DNA of 62,396 nucleotides, counting the filler. It is 14 parts of 14 records of this genome, joined end to end, with 100 filler letters (N's around TTAATTAATTAA, not from the genome) between each part and the next. Parts side by side here need not be neighbours in the genome. Positions count along the whole stretch, not along the records: positions 32,825 to 36,261 come from SRR7504441_11853; positions 36,362 to 40,160 come from SRR7504441_11859; positions 40,261 to 46,227 come from SRR7504441_11863; positions 46,328 to 51,182 come from SRR7504441_11865; 10 more parts are not named here. One strand, written 5' to 3'. Position 1 is the stretch's first letter, and the number at the start of each line of letters is the position of its first letter. The notes beneath the pieces were generated by a model. It made no database searches, was not told where the DNA came from, and worked only from the letters and a program-made list of their open reading frames with translations. Made by a program: the position numbers and the translations under genes. Of this stretch, positions 35,548-47,579 are shown in pieces.

Positions 35548-35602
35548 CTCGAGATGCGCCCGTGGTCGTCCCTGCCCCAGCCCCAGAAGTGCGAGGGCTG
35601 AG

Positions 35603-36261
35603 ATGGAGAAAGAGGCGCCGCTCTCACCGCTGGAGCGCTGCTACGGTGGCTGTTCCCGGCCACTGCAGAGCCCTGACCGGCCCGGCAGAGCGCTGGCGCA
35701 GAGACCAGGCGGCCCAGGCGCTCCGCTGGCGCGGGATCGCCCTAAAGCTGCGCTGGGAGCTCGAGCGGGCGCGCGGGGCAGTGCGCAGGCTAGACGCGGC
35801 GCTGCGGCGGTGGATCAGCGCGTACAGAGCTACAAGGTGGGCGGCGAGTCGGCTGAGTGCGCGGTACGCCGAGCTGAGCGCGCGGGTGCGCTGGGACAGC
35901 TGTGCGCGGCACCTGAGGACCTGGCGGCACGCTGTAATGGGTGCACTGCTGGATCAGAAGGCTCGCGCCTGGTGCAGGGCCAGGAAGCGGAGGGCGCCGA
36001 CTAGGCGGGCGGGCGACCGGAGCCTGACAAGCGAGGCTCCTGAGAGTCAGAGCTGGGCCGGCGTGCGGCGGCGGCAGCCAGGGGCGCGGAGCGGGACTGG
36101 GCTAGGCGAGGAGACCGAGCGGCTTGGGGCCGTGTGGCGACAAGCCTACGAAAGAGGCCAGCGGCGGGCACTGCAAGAGCGAGTAGAATCTCCGACAGCT
36201 GCACCTATAACCGTACCTCCCAGCACAGCAGCTCCGACAGCTGCACCTACAGCCGTACCTC
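35603..36261 (+). CDS. Arg/Trp-rich helical protein (Sfi1-repeat-like) with PTAAP repeats, 3'-truncated
   Basis: MEKEAPLSPLERCY|ERWRRDQ... is joined by a 43-nt intron. Periodic L/W pattern. Confidence 0.4.
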
Positions 36262-36675
36262 NNNNNNNNNNNNNNNNNNNNNNNNNNNNNNNNNNNNNNN
36301 NNNNNTTAATTAATTAANNNNNNNNNNNNNNNNNNNNNNNNNNNNNNNNNNNNNNNNNNNNGAACTAGACCTTCAAGATGCAGATGCGGAGCCACACAAG
36401 GTCTAGTGTGTAACTAGTTTAGCAAGTGCTAGTAGGATATTGATATTCTTGTACAATATTAAATAGTTTTGATTGTAACTCATGATGTGCATTGAACTTG
36501 TCAATATCATGTCAATGTCATGCAAGACTGTGTACACGACCTCGTGCTGTATACATGTCGTGTACACATGTCTGCAAGTATACAATTTAACATGCAAGAA
36601 CACATGACATTTCAATGTTATTGCAATGTATTGATGGACCTTGTCTAGCCTTGAACAGTCTATCACAGCTATTAA

Positions 36676-38167
36676 TCACAATTCATCGTGCTTTCGTGGT
36701 CTCGGGTGGATTGGCAACATGGAGCGATTGGTCATGAGCAAAAATTCGAAATCCGGACTGCCAACGTACATCACCCCACCATGCTGCACGATGAAGCTGG
36801 TTTGTGGGATAAGCCCGACGTCATGCTCCTCGTGATCACACAAAACCTCTTTGATGTTCCCCTTTTTATCAGCCTTCAGCCTCACAGACTTACTCGGTCA
36901 TGCAAGTGGGCAGCAGGCACCTTGATCAGCATCAAGTGACCATGTGGAGTCGGAACCTGCACCACCGCCGCTAGCCAGCTGGTTGGAAGCCAACCAAGCC
37001 AATTCTTCAATACTGGGTGTCGGTGCAGCCAATCAAGCAATGTGCTGCGCCTCGGTCCTGCAGCCACCATCAGCGCAATCAGCACACCCACGCTAGTGGC
37101 ACCACACAAAGCCACCCAGAAGTCAGGCCGAAGATGCGATCGGTCCGAAGCTGCTACCTGGCCAGACCTCTAGACCACAGGCCTGGTTCAGGTAGCACCG
37201 CGCATGGGAATGCTGGCAGATCAGCCAGAAACTCCGAGACTTTGCCGAGAGTGCGAGCCTCGAGGGAGACGCGGATGACCCGATATGCCAGAGGTTCAAG
37301 TACCAGTGCAAAGCTCTCATCAAACGGTACAGCTAGGCTGGTCGGAAACAACAGCCCACTGGCTAGTTCGGATGTAGCGTTGCGCTCTGGCAGCACATGC
37401 ATCAGCTTGCCGCTGCCGCGGGCCTCTAGCGCGATCCGCATGACATGCTCGCCGTCCGGAATGTGCCCGTGGTGCTCTTGGCTGCCGCTGGGCTCAACTG
37501 GCCGTGCACACCGGCCCGCACCTGCACGGGACTGTGTAGAAGATGCCTCCCTCGATTGGAGCGGTGGCAAGCATTGTGCTGTGGTGCGTGTCCAGGTCGG
37601 CTGGCAGTCGTCCAGGCGGAGCGTGATGCTCCCGGGTGTCCCACAGCATCAGCCCCCGGTGCGTGTCGACGTACGCCAGCAGCCCGTGCAGCCCCATCCC
37701 TGCCCCCTCTCTCGGTCACCGCCGCATCTCGGCTCACCTTTGGCGGCCGCCCCGAGCTTATGAGTCAAAAATGACAGGCTGGCTACACGACCGTCGGTTA
37801 CCTTCCACCGCTCGAGCACAAGGCGGCGCTCTGGGCTGATTTTGACGATTTCGCCACTGTCAGTCCCGCAGTACATTTCGTCCACGATCGGGTCGAAGTC
37901 GCACCCCAGTGGCCCAGCCCCGATCGGGATCCGATCCCCGGCCACGAGGTACCCCGTGCAGTGTATCGGCTTCTGGCTGGGCCGGGTGAGCTCCAGCGGG
38001 TTGGATTCGAGAGGCCCGTGCACTGTCAGCACCACCACTGCCCCGGCCAGCGCCGCCCCAAGCAGCAACCCCCATCGGACCGGCCGGCGCGGACTCGAAG
38101 ACGCCGCCGCAAGACGGGTCGGCTGCGGGCGCGGGTCGGCAACCACCACCGGCTCCTTCGGCTGCAT
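36676..38167 (-). CDS. Strictosidine-synthase-like / APMAP-type beta-propeller, multi-exon, C-terminal HDEL
   Basis: N-terminal TM anchor, then GAGPLGCDFD..YCGTDSGEI, GIFYT, LEARGSGKL, GLLFPT..DESFALVLE and LPAFP. The protein ends KHDEL*. Confidence 0.8.
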
Positions 38168-38337
38168 GCCTGAACAGCAGCTACTACTGTGGGCCCAGGG
38201 TTGTCTAATACAGACCTAGACTCAGGTCTGTCAGCCCACCTGCAGAGCTGGGGTCTGTATCTAGCACAAGGTCACCAGCCCCGCTACGCTGGTGCAAATT
38301 TGCACGAGGTCACGCCGCAGCCGCTGCGCTGGTTGTC

Positions 38338-39672
38338 ATGAAGCACGAGGCGGGTTCTCTGCTTGCGCGTCTTGCGGCCCGGGGTGCTGACGTGACACGA
38401 ATCAGTGAGAATGGACCGCCCGCCAGCAAGCGCCCCCGCCCGGAGCCGTCCAGCAAAGCCGTGGCGGCGGCCCGGCGACCAGCCTCGTCGGGTCTCTCAG
38501 CACTGGCCGGTTTGCTGCGCGCCGCCGATGAAGGTGCGGCGCTGCAATGGCTCGAGGGCTGCACTGCGGCGGAGCGCAAGGAGCTTGGTCGACTGGCTGG
38601 GCTAGAGCTCGCGTGGATCGACTGTGACCAGGCCATAGGCGATAATGTTGCGGACATGAGCGCGATGCTGATTGAGGAACTGCACCAGCCTTATTGGTTC
38701 TATCAGCAGGCATTGGCTGCTGACCCGACCCCGAGCTCCGTGTTTCACCAGCAGCAGGCCACCGCGCCGATGAGCCGGTCACGCGGGTTTTGGACCGCCC
38801 GTTGCGGGATGCGGCGGCACGGCTGGCTGCCGCAGGACCTGCCGGGGTGCTTCGACTCGGTGGTGCACGTGGTACAGGCGGGCAGCGGTACCGGGGTGCA
38901 TATCGGTGACGGATTGGTGCTCACATGCGCACATGTGGTGGATTCGAGGGAGGACGAGCCAGAGGGAATGCCAGAGAGGCTCGGCCGGCGCAAGCTGCTC
39001 TTGTTTTCTTCGGGCCGGCTCTTCCTGGCCGAGTGCTGCGCGGTGGTCGAGAGCGAGGATGGTGCGCACGATGTTGCAGTGTTGATGCTCGGGTCTGAGC
39101 TGGAGCTGCATGATGGATGCGCTGCAGAGGGTGAAGGGGTGGAAGATCTGGGCTGTGCAACACTGGCACCTGAGCCAGTCCAGCAGGATGGTCGGCTATT
39201 TTGCATTGGGAACCCATCGAGTGTCAATTTGGAGGATCGATCGGGTGATACAGAATTTGAGCCGCCAGCATGGCATGTCAGTGTTGGGAGCTGCCAGGGC
39301 TACATGGATTCTTCAACGCATGGCCAACACGTCGTTCAGGGTGGGCGGGGCAGGGCGCCAACTCGTGGCGAAATGAAGGCGACACAGGGTGCAGCAGCTG
39401 TGGGTGCCGAAGCTGGGGTCTACCTGCTGCATAGTTGCTGGACATACTGGGGGCACTCAGGTGCACCGCTGTTCGATGAGCAGGGCCGGGTGGTCGGGCT
39501 GCATTGCGCCTGGGATGATAGGACTGGGATGCGCTGGGGACAGAAGCTGCAAACCTTGAAGATTGCGGTCAATCAAGCGCTGCAACCGGTACGACCAAAT
39601 TCGAAGGATAATGTGAAACAAAAAGCTGCCAAAAAAAAGACAACCACACGCAAAAAAAAGAGAATTAATTAA
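38338..39672 (+). CDS. Trypsin-like serine protease domain protein
   Basis: Catalytic triad motifs VLTCAHVV, HDVAVL and GHSGAPL. Basic C-terminal tail. Confidence 0.85.
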   Translation: MKHEAGSLLARLAARGADVTRISENGPPASKRPRPEPSSKAVAAARRPASSGLSALAGLLRAADEGAALQWLEGCTAAERKELGRLAGLELAWIDCDQAIGDNVADMSAMLIEELHQPYWFYQQALAADPTPSSVFHQQQATAPMSRSRGFWTARCGMRRHGWLPQDLPGCFDSVVHVVQAGSGTGVHIGDGLVLTCAHVVDSREDEPEGMPERLGRRKLLLFSSGRLFLAECCAVVESEDGAHDVAVLMLGSELELHDGCAAEGEGVEDLGCATLAPEPVQQDGRLFCIGNPSSVNLEDRSGDTEFEPPAWHVSVGSCQGYMDSSTHGQHVVQGGRGRAPTRGEMKATQGAAAVGAEAGVYLLHSCWTYWGHSGAPLFDEQGRVVGLHCAWDDRTGMRWGQKLQTLKIAVNQALQPVRPNSKDNVKQKAAKKKTTTRKKKRIN

Positions 39673-39835
39673 AGATTCTGGTAGTCTATGCATCTATAGC
39701 AGTCATTACAATTGATTAAACAGCGAGCGGTGTCACTCACTTCAGTACACACCTATCTGCGTTCGCGCTTAAATCACGAGGTGATTTTAATCTACGAGAT
39801 CTAGCATGAATTACGTACCTAATTTTTCTACGCTA

Positions 39836-40160
39836 TTGCTCATAAGAGCTTTTGGTCAATGAGTAGCCCCCAGGGTTGTGGAAATTCTTACTATAGCCGA
39901 AGGGATCGCGGTCTGTCCGGCACGGTTTTCCGACCTTACGAAGGGGTCCTGGTGGGATCCCACCTGTACACATGCTGAGCCTCAAAGCAAGGAGTCACAG
40001 CTTTGCACCTCCAAGCCTCCTGCCCTCGCACGCCCTTGAGTACTCGGGGAACCCTTGCATCCCTGCACAGAACTGGATCAAGCATGCATCGTGTGGTCAT
40101 CGCATACTTGAAGCCACGCCACCAGGGGCGTTGATGAGCTCATTTGGCTGCCACTTATCG
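39836..40160 (-). CDS. 3' end of an unknown multi-exon gene
   Basis: Two short GT-AG introns give ...TDRDPFGYSKNFHNPGGYSLTKSSYEQ*. Confidence 0.4.
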
Positions 40161-40260
40161 NNNNNNNNNNNNNNNNNNNNNNNNNNNNNNNNNNNNNNNN
40201 NNNNTTAATTAATTAANNNNNNNNNNNNNNNNNNNNNNNNNNNNNNNNNNNNNNNNNNNN

Positions 40261-40818
40261 CTTCGCTGACCCGAGCTTGGCCAACGCCGAAAACAGCACA
40301 TGCGCACAGGCACTCCGTTGACTTTCAATCGACAGGAACAGAAGAACAATCATGCACACAGGTACTCCATAAAGGTTCAAATTGGAGTGCCTACCCTTCG
40401 ATGTCGGGCTTCATTACACTTTGTACATGCTTTGGTAGAAACTTCAAGACACTCACCAGATCTATCGTCTCGACAGAAGTCCAGTCTACCTCTGCTCCCT
40501 GACCGTCATAAAAGTGACTGAATTCTCCAGCAGCCCAGTCACTGTTCCCTTCCCCAGACTTGGCATCGTGTTGCGATGCGATCTTGATCGAACCGCCTGT
40601 CACTGTGGACACCGCCCTAGGAACAAAAATGTGTACAGGATAGCCACAAGCCTGATAGCATGACGCAATGTTCGTCAGCCTTTCCTTGTGCACCCATGAT
40701 TTGTTGCATTGCTTTCATGCAGGCGAGGGAGCACGATTACACTCAGTACGAACACAAGACCAACGAGTATGCATCCTATTGATCTGATTTGACAACTGCT
40801 GTGCTGCAATCCCACCAT
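40261..40818 (-). pseudogene. FkbM-type methyltransferase-like fragment with an apparent internal deletion or frameshift
   Basis: The signal anchor MVGLQ..ILVGLVFVLSVIVL is out of frame with VETIDL..VMKPDIEG. No intron is visible at about 40693 and the SAM-binding motif I is absent. Confidence 0.35.
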
Positions 40819-40945
40819 GCTCACAGATTCAGATCCAGATCGGCATGCCCCTGGGGCATGCCCACGGAGTACTGGCTCTCGTCCACGCTGCCGATAGGAC
40901 CTGAAACCAACGGAAAAACATGGCAGTGAAGGTGCCTCAGGAGTG

Positions 40946-43018
40946 ATGAAGGCGATCCGGGCTCGTAGCTCGCTCCGGAAGAAGGGGGCCCCGGAGGGGG
41001 ACGGGATCGCACTACTCGAGCACCCTGGGATCCAGCCCAACGCCTCCAACCTCTCCGGCCTGGCCCCCAAGCGCTCCAAGCGCCCGTCGCCCAGAGACAA
41101 GCTGATCGCCAAAAGGAACTCGGCCGCCATACCGGAGAACGCCATCCTCCCGGCCGAGGACTCGCCTGCCTCTGGGCTCCGCGGCCGGCTGCAACAGAGC
41201 CGACCGGTGGACGGGGAGCCGGGCGGGCCGAAAGGGCTGCTGGAGCAGCTGCTGGCCGGCCCGAGCCTCGAGCTTCTGTTCAAGCTGCCGGCCGGGCTGC
41301 AGATGTTCAAGCAGTTTGCGCGCAACTCGGGCGACCTGGACGTGGTGCTCTTCTACTTTGACGTGGAGCGGTACCGCGACTCCAACATGTCGCGTGGGCT
41401 CCGGGTGCGCGCCGCCACCCAGCTGCTCAACAAATACATCGCCCCGGGCGCCGAGTTTGAAGTGCCCATCCCGGAGGAGCTCAAGGTCCGCCCGGGCTGC
41501 CCGCGGGCCTGAGCCGTGCCCCAGAACCGGACCAGGGACAACTGCCAGGCCCCGCGGTTTGACTCCTTTGACGAGGCCCAGCGCGCTGCGTTCGGGTGGC
41601 TGGGCGCAGCCGCCGGTGGCTGACTGGGGCCAGTGTGCTCGAGCGCGAGGTGTTCAACGAGTTTGTGCACTCGCCGCTGTTCCGGCAGCTGGAGGAGCTC
41701 TCAACCCAATTGATTGCGGAGCGCGACCAGATAGTGGCGCGCTCGGCGGGGGTTGACAGCCAGATGGCCAGGCTGGGCGCCAAGGTGGACGGCGCCACCG
41801 AGGTGGTCACCGCGGCCACCGGTTTCTTCGCCGATTTCGAGTCGAGGATCAAGGCGCTCCGGAGCCGGTGCGAGCTGGCTGGTGGTGCTCTGATCTGCTG
41901 GCAGCGGCCAAGTGCTCTCTGAGCTGCTCGACAAGAGCGCCGGGTACATGGAGGCGATCGGCGGGGCCGAGCAGCAGGGGCCCAGCTGGCGCGAAGTGGC
42001 CAAGCTGCGCGGCCAAATGGGCTCAGTGACCCAGCGAGAGGAGGACAGCGACGATGATCAGCCAAGAGCCAAGCCAGCAGCGGCGGAGGAGGCCGAGCCG
42101 GAGCCGGAGGTGGTAATCGAGGTGGCTGCAGTCCGGCCCATGGGGCAGGGCCGGCTGCGGGAGGGCAAAGGCACTCGGGAGCGGGTGCTGGCAGCATTTG
42201 AGGCGCTGCTGGAGGCAAAGGCCGGCGCAGGCCAGTGGCAGAAGCTGGCCGAGAACAAGCGGCAGCAGTGGCAGCTGTGGAAGGCCAAGGGCAGCATGAG
42301 CAAGTGGCGGGCCCAGGCGGTGGTGGTTGGGCTGCCTCCGGCAAGCGCGGCGGCTGTGCTGCAGGCGATAGAGCTTCGGTCGGCCTGGGACCCGACCGTG
42401 CACAGCTACAAGCTTCTGCAGAAAGTGAACGAGTCGCCGCACCAGGCCTACATCCAGATCGTGGCCAAGGGGGTGATGCAGATGCAAGACCGCGAGCTGG
42501 TCGAGTTCAGGACGGTCAGGCAGATGACGGACGGCTCGTACCAGATGGTCTTCCAAGGCTGCACCCACGGCCGAGCCATAGAGAGCTCGCGTGCCAAGCG
42601 GGCCGAGTGCCTTCTCAGCGGTGCTGGCAGGCCCGGGGGAGGCTCAGGTGAAGGGCAGGGTTTGTGATCGAGCCCTGGAGCAGCGAGGATGGCGAGCAGC
42701 AGGGGAGCAGGCTGTTCGGGTACTCACACTTGGACTACAAGGGCACCCCGGCGCTCGCCCTGCTGCGCGAATGGGTCAAGAAGTCGCCCCAAAAGTGGTT
42801 TAGCGCTTACCTGGACGAGTGCGAGCGCTGGCAGGCCAAGGCGGAACAACCAGTGAGTAGGATGGCTGGCTGCCAAGACTAATCGTGCTTGCCAGGAGGA
42901 GCAACCTGAGGCAATCGCACTGGACATTCAGCCAAGCACTTCGCCGGTGGAGACTCCACTGCCGCTTGCATTCGGCGAGACGTCATCCGAGATGACCAAC
43001 AGTCATCTGTCCTTATAA
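40946..43018 (+). CDS. RGS + START domain protein, 5 introns
   Basis: RGS motifs FKQFARN..VLFYFDVERY..KYIAPGAEFEVPI..FDEAQ..VFNEFVHSPLF, and START motifs RSAWDP..DRELV..HG..SGFVIEP..LDYKG. The introns are 37-43 nt. Confidence 0.85.
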
Positions 43019-43626
43019 CCGCGGGCTGAGCGGTTCCGTTGCACGCCTATCTCAGGGAACATAGGAACATGCACCGTTGCACGCCATTCTTCGCGTAGAA
43101 ACTGATTGATGGAATCTTGTACATAACTACCGTAGTAATGACGTCGACGATGATGATAAATTGACGATGGGCAATTATCACTAAGCTGACCTTATAGCCG
43201 ACCTCAAACCAACCGCCATTTCAAGAACCTTAATACTTATGCCATGCACACTGCGTTTAGTTCTCTCCAACACTAAGCGAAAGCTTAAGCGAAATCTTGT
43301 TGTGACGTGTTAAAAAAGGTGCGTAGAGCTGTGCGAGGATCAACGTCTCGGGGAGCGCGGCGAACTGCCCAGGCTGCCCCAGCCGGTGAGCGGGGTCGGT
43401 GACCGGGGGCTGCCTCGGCCAGTTCGAGCGTGGCCAGAGGGACACCCGCCGTCCGGCGCGTAGCCTCGACCGAGGCCCGGCTCAGCTCCGCGGACATGAA
43501 CTTGCGGAGTCGCGGATGGAGCCGACCGATTGCTGGCGGGCCATTGGCCAACTGTAGCGCCAGCTGGAGCTCACCCAGCCGCAGCTGGTGAGCCCACTCC
43601 ATCCCGGGGGGCGCGACCCCCCGTAA

Positions 43627-43668
43627 ATATGTGTGCAAGCAGATGAGATATGTGTGCAAGCAGATGAG
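43627..43668. repeat. 21-bp tandem duplication next to a 7-bp GC hairpin (43605-43623)
   Basis: ATATGTGTGCAAGCAGATGAG x2; hairpin CGGGGGG-CGCGA-CCCCCCG. Confidence 0.85.
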
Positions 43669-44022
43669 ATCTTCGGTAGATTTTACATGTACACGAGTAT
43701 GTATAGATCTAGCCGTACCTGGTACGTCACCTGGTGCAATAAATTATTACTAAAGTTACGGTAGAGTTGCTTTGGGACGTTTGGGTTGGCAACTCGGATA
43801 TAATAACTCGTGCATGTCTGTATGGAAAAGCTCTATAGAGACTTTATTAATTAATATGTACAATTCAAAGGTCACGACCGAGTATTTACAGTGCAAGGTT
43901 ACAAGTCTCGAACATCGGACGTGTGGACAATGTCATGATTGTTAGACATTTGAGTCTATGAAACTTTTGCACATCTCCTCATGTGTGAGTAAAATCGAGT
44001 AAGGCGGCAAGCCTTTCGGCTA

Positions 44023-46227
44023 TCAGGCAGACTCCCGCTCGCGGAACAGAATGGCTAGGTAAGCTATCAGTCTGAAGGCCAAACCTAAAGCCACCATCAT
44101 AAGCATATCAAGCCCTGTCTTGTTTTCTTCGTAACCAAATGTGTTGTTGAAAAACGCAGCATCAATACGATTACCACAATATGACTCGTATTGCGGGTTA
44201 TATGTGGCCCCTTTGGAGACCAACTGGCACACATATCCATTGGAACTGGAGCTGCCGCCAATTGCTGGGCCCGGAATCACGAGATCGTCTGCAGCAGGTG
44301 CTGCAGTCCTTGTGAAAAGGGCCTCCTGTGCCCACCGCTGGGGCGATACCGAAGATAGAATGGTGCCGTATGCAGTGTCTTTCAGGTCGACAAGAGGCGG
44401 GTTGCCACCAGAAACGAGCGTGCCGGCCACAATGCAAGTCATGCAGAAGAGCTGCGCACTGGACGGCTCAAAGAGAATTGCCGCTGCGTAGCCCAGCCCG
44501 GCCCAGCACCAGTGAAGCAGCACGAAAGGGATCAAATAGTCCATAAAACCAGACTCTGGCAGCACTTGCGATCTGATGCACAGCACAAATATGAGAGGGG
44601 CCAGGATGGTGCACTCGAGCTGGGCCAGGTCCTTGCCAAGCAAATAGGCCAGCCTGTTGTAGCTCGCGGCCTTCATCCGGCGGAACATCGAGTACTCCGG
44701 CGAGATGGCAGACAGCGCAAACAGCGAGGCGTTGAGCGACACTACCAGACAGGCCAGTGTGTTGCACAGGATCAAGTTGGAAAACTCGCGGGAATAGCAC
44801 TCCATCAGCAGCTGCGACCAGGTCTTCGGATCAGGGTAAGGGGTGCTGTAGCCATTATCCCCGATTCCACAGTTGCGTGAAGGGCCCTTGCCCGAATAAA
44901 TCAGGCCCAGCAGTATTGCGGCAGCGCCGCCCATCAGCAGCCGCCCAGACAAGCCCCAGATATCTCGATTGAGCATGATCAAATTGTACCTGCACCAACC
45001 CGTCAGCCTGCGTACACTCTCGAGATCACCATGTGTGAATCACAGTCTGACTCGCCGGATTCACGTACCCAGGACAAACCGGCTGACCACTATTCTGATT
45101 GTACTCCACGCTGCCCAGCGCCATGTAGCCCTCGCTGCTTTCCCAGGCCTCGAACAGCTGGGCCAGCGGCGGGGTGTCCGGTTCGACTGGGTTACTCGAG
45201 TCGTGCACCTGCGGCCCGATCAGTTGGCCGACCAGCTGGATTGGCCACCGAATCCATGATCCAATCAACCGGGCTCGTGCCCGGCTCGCACCCGGACCCG
45301 AACGCTCCCTCGAAGAAGGGCTCGCACTGGCGGGCCTGCCCGTAGTAGACGGTTTTGCCCTTACACAGCACGAGAAGGTCGTCCAACAGATCGTAAATCT
45401 CGGCGCGCGGCTGGTGCACCACCATCACTGCAGTCAGCTGCTGCGCCCTGGCACCCGGGCCTCAGGCCAGCTCAACAAAGCAAGCGGCGGTTACCGAGCC
45501 AGAGAGCGAATCAAGACCATTAGGTGAAGCGCTGAGGCTGCATCCAGCCCCGAGGTTGGCTCGTCCAGGAAGAGCACCTGCACACTCGTATCATGTGCTG
45601 TCGCATCCGGCCCGGCACCCTCGGGTTGCCGGCTAGTTCGAGCGCCACTGAGACCCTTTTCTTCTGCCCGCCACTCAAATTGGAGACCTGCACTGTGCGG
45701 GTGTGCAGAATCTCTAGCGAGTGCAAGATGTCCATAAGGAAATGGTCCATGCACGATATCGACTCGGCCTGGCCTTCATATCTCCAGCTGTCGCTCTGGC
45801 TCGACCACGCGCTGCTAGAGAGTTTGATCCTGGCTGCGTACCGGATGTTCTCGATCACGGTGAGCGATTCGAGCAACGTATCGGCCTGAGGGACGAACCC
45901 GACGATCGACTGCATCCGCTGCACCTCGGCCAGAGAGATCTGCTCACCGTTCACCTTGATCACACCCTCGGTCTGGCCGCCCCGTGTGCCGCGCCCAGGG
46001 CACAGATCATTGAGCAGCGTGGTCTTGCCGCAGCCGCTCGGACCCATCACCCCGGTAACCCTTCCGTGGCTGAACGCACCGTGCACTTGGTCCAGGATCA
46101 GCAGCTCGGCCTCGGAGCAGCACGGCGCGTTCCGGTCCTGCACTTTGTGGGTGAGCTCCTGGAACTGGAAGTCCACTCCGGTGTTCCCGGCTTTGAGTTC
46201 GGCCGGCAGCTCGAGTGGGACTGCTAG
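44023..46227 (-). CDS. ABCG (White-family) transporter, 5'-truncated, 3 introns
   Basis: Walker A GPSGCGKTT, signature LSGGQKKR, Walker B LFLDEPTSGLD and H-loop VHQP, followed by an ABC2 membrane domain. Confidence 0.92.
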
Positions 46228-46437
46228 NNNNNNNNNNNNNNNNNNNNNNNNNNNNNNNNNNNNNNNNNNNNTTAATTAATTAANNNNNNNNNNNNNNNNN
46301 NNNNNNNNNNNNNNNNNNNNNNNNNNNCCCATAAATCTTGAGCGTGAAGGTGCGCCTGACAGTGAAAAAAAATCGAGAAAAAAGGCTTCAAGTTGCCGTT
46401 TTGACGAGTTGCCAACCCCACGCCACACGCAGTCGCG

Positions 46438-47275
46438 ATGGGGCTCCCTGGATGGTTCCCAAAGTTCAATATGCGCTGGACCAACATCGCGCTGAGCATC
46501 GCCGCCGCCACGGCGCTGATCGTCTCGATCATCTGCTTCGCCACCTTTGGCTGGGTGGTGGACTGGAACGGCTGCGACTTCAGCCTTCAAGAGGCCAAGT
46601 GTAATGGCGTCACCTCTGACCTGTCCGGAGACCTTAAGTCGGCGGGTGATACCATGGCCGGGCTGGGCGCAATGTGGTTTCTCCTGATTCTCTGCAACCT
46701 GGTCGCTCACATCATCATGGCGCTGGAGCGGTGCACCACCCATTACAAGTGGATGTCGATCGCTATGCTCTGCACCACCGGAGTGGCCTGGGTCTTCTTC
46801 ACAGCCGCCTGGGGGCACTACGCCGACGTCCAGGGCGGCACCAAGGACAGCAGCGTCAGTTACGGCGCCTCGTTTGCGTTCACAGTTATCATCTGGCTTT
46901 GCATGTTCCCATACGCATTCTTCTTGGTGGCGGTCTGGAACCAGGTGCGCCCCTCCTGGCGCACCCGCCCGCTCACCCGGCCGACAGGTGGCTACGACCG
47001 TCGACAACGAGCCCCAGAAGGATGGGCAAGAGCCGAATGCGGATGAGTACCCGAGCCAGGGTGAAGCCCAGCCCACAGGACAGGCCGTCCCCAGCATGGG
47101 TAACAGCCAGAAGACTGACGTCGAGGCACCACCTGCCCCGCCGGCCCCTGAGTACCAACCCGACAAGCCGGCCTCGCCGACCGCCCGAGCCTCCCCGCGT
47201 GCCGCCCCGGCTTCGCCTACTGCAAGGGCCTCGCCCACCTCCAGAGCTTCGCCACGGGGTATGCCGGCGGTGTGA
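46438..47275 (+). CDS. Four-TM claudin/PMP22-like protein with a Pro/Ser-rich tail
   Basis: Four hydrophobic helices with W..C..C in loop 1. Intron 46945-46987. The tail has ASPTARASP repeats. Confidence 0.7.
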
Positions 47276-47579
47276 GGGGTGAGGATTCACACTAAGATGG
47301 ACTCCGAACACACACCGATGCAGTTACAGAACGACATTCGAATGTAAACTCGGGCTAATTTACATAATTATCAGCTGCCGGGCTCATTCATAATGTTCGA
47401 AGTATCAAATGAACATGTTTATGAAGAGACTATGAAGTAGCATGAAGAGAGTTGATTAATCCAAGTGCCAACTTCATGTAACCGAAAGCGCTAGCGCTAG
47501 CGATATCGAGTAATAACTCGCGGAGTATGCTATGTTATTTTAGCTATCTTGATGTTACATGATTGTGTATTTGTTCCAT

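Noticed and set aside
36516-36610. Imperfect inverted repeats (TGTGTACACGAC/GTCGTGTACACA) in an AT-rich 3' region; also a 14-bp palindrome near 38293
   Set aside because: Short, low-complexity and single occurrences, with no supporting element structure.
46945-46987. Introner-type transposon origin of the short introns (CAGGTG at both ends, small hairpins)
   Set aside because: Introns of similar length share only splice signals, with no family-level similarity or consistent TIR/TSD. AG|GT repeats are the ordinary proto-splice context. A genome-wide all-vs-all intron comparison could reopen this.
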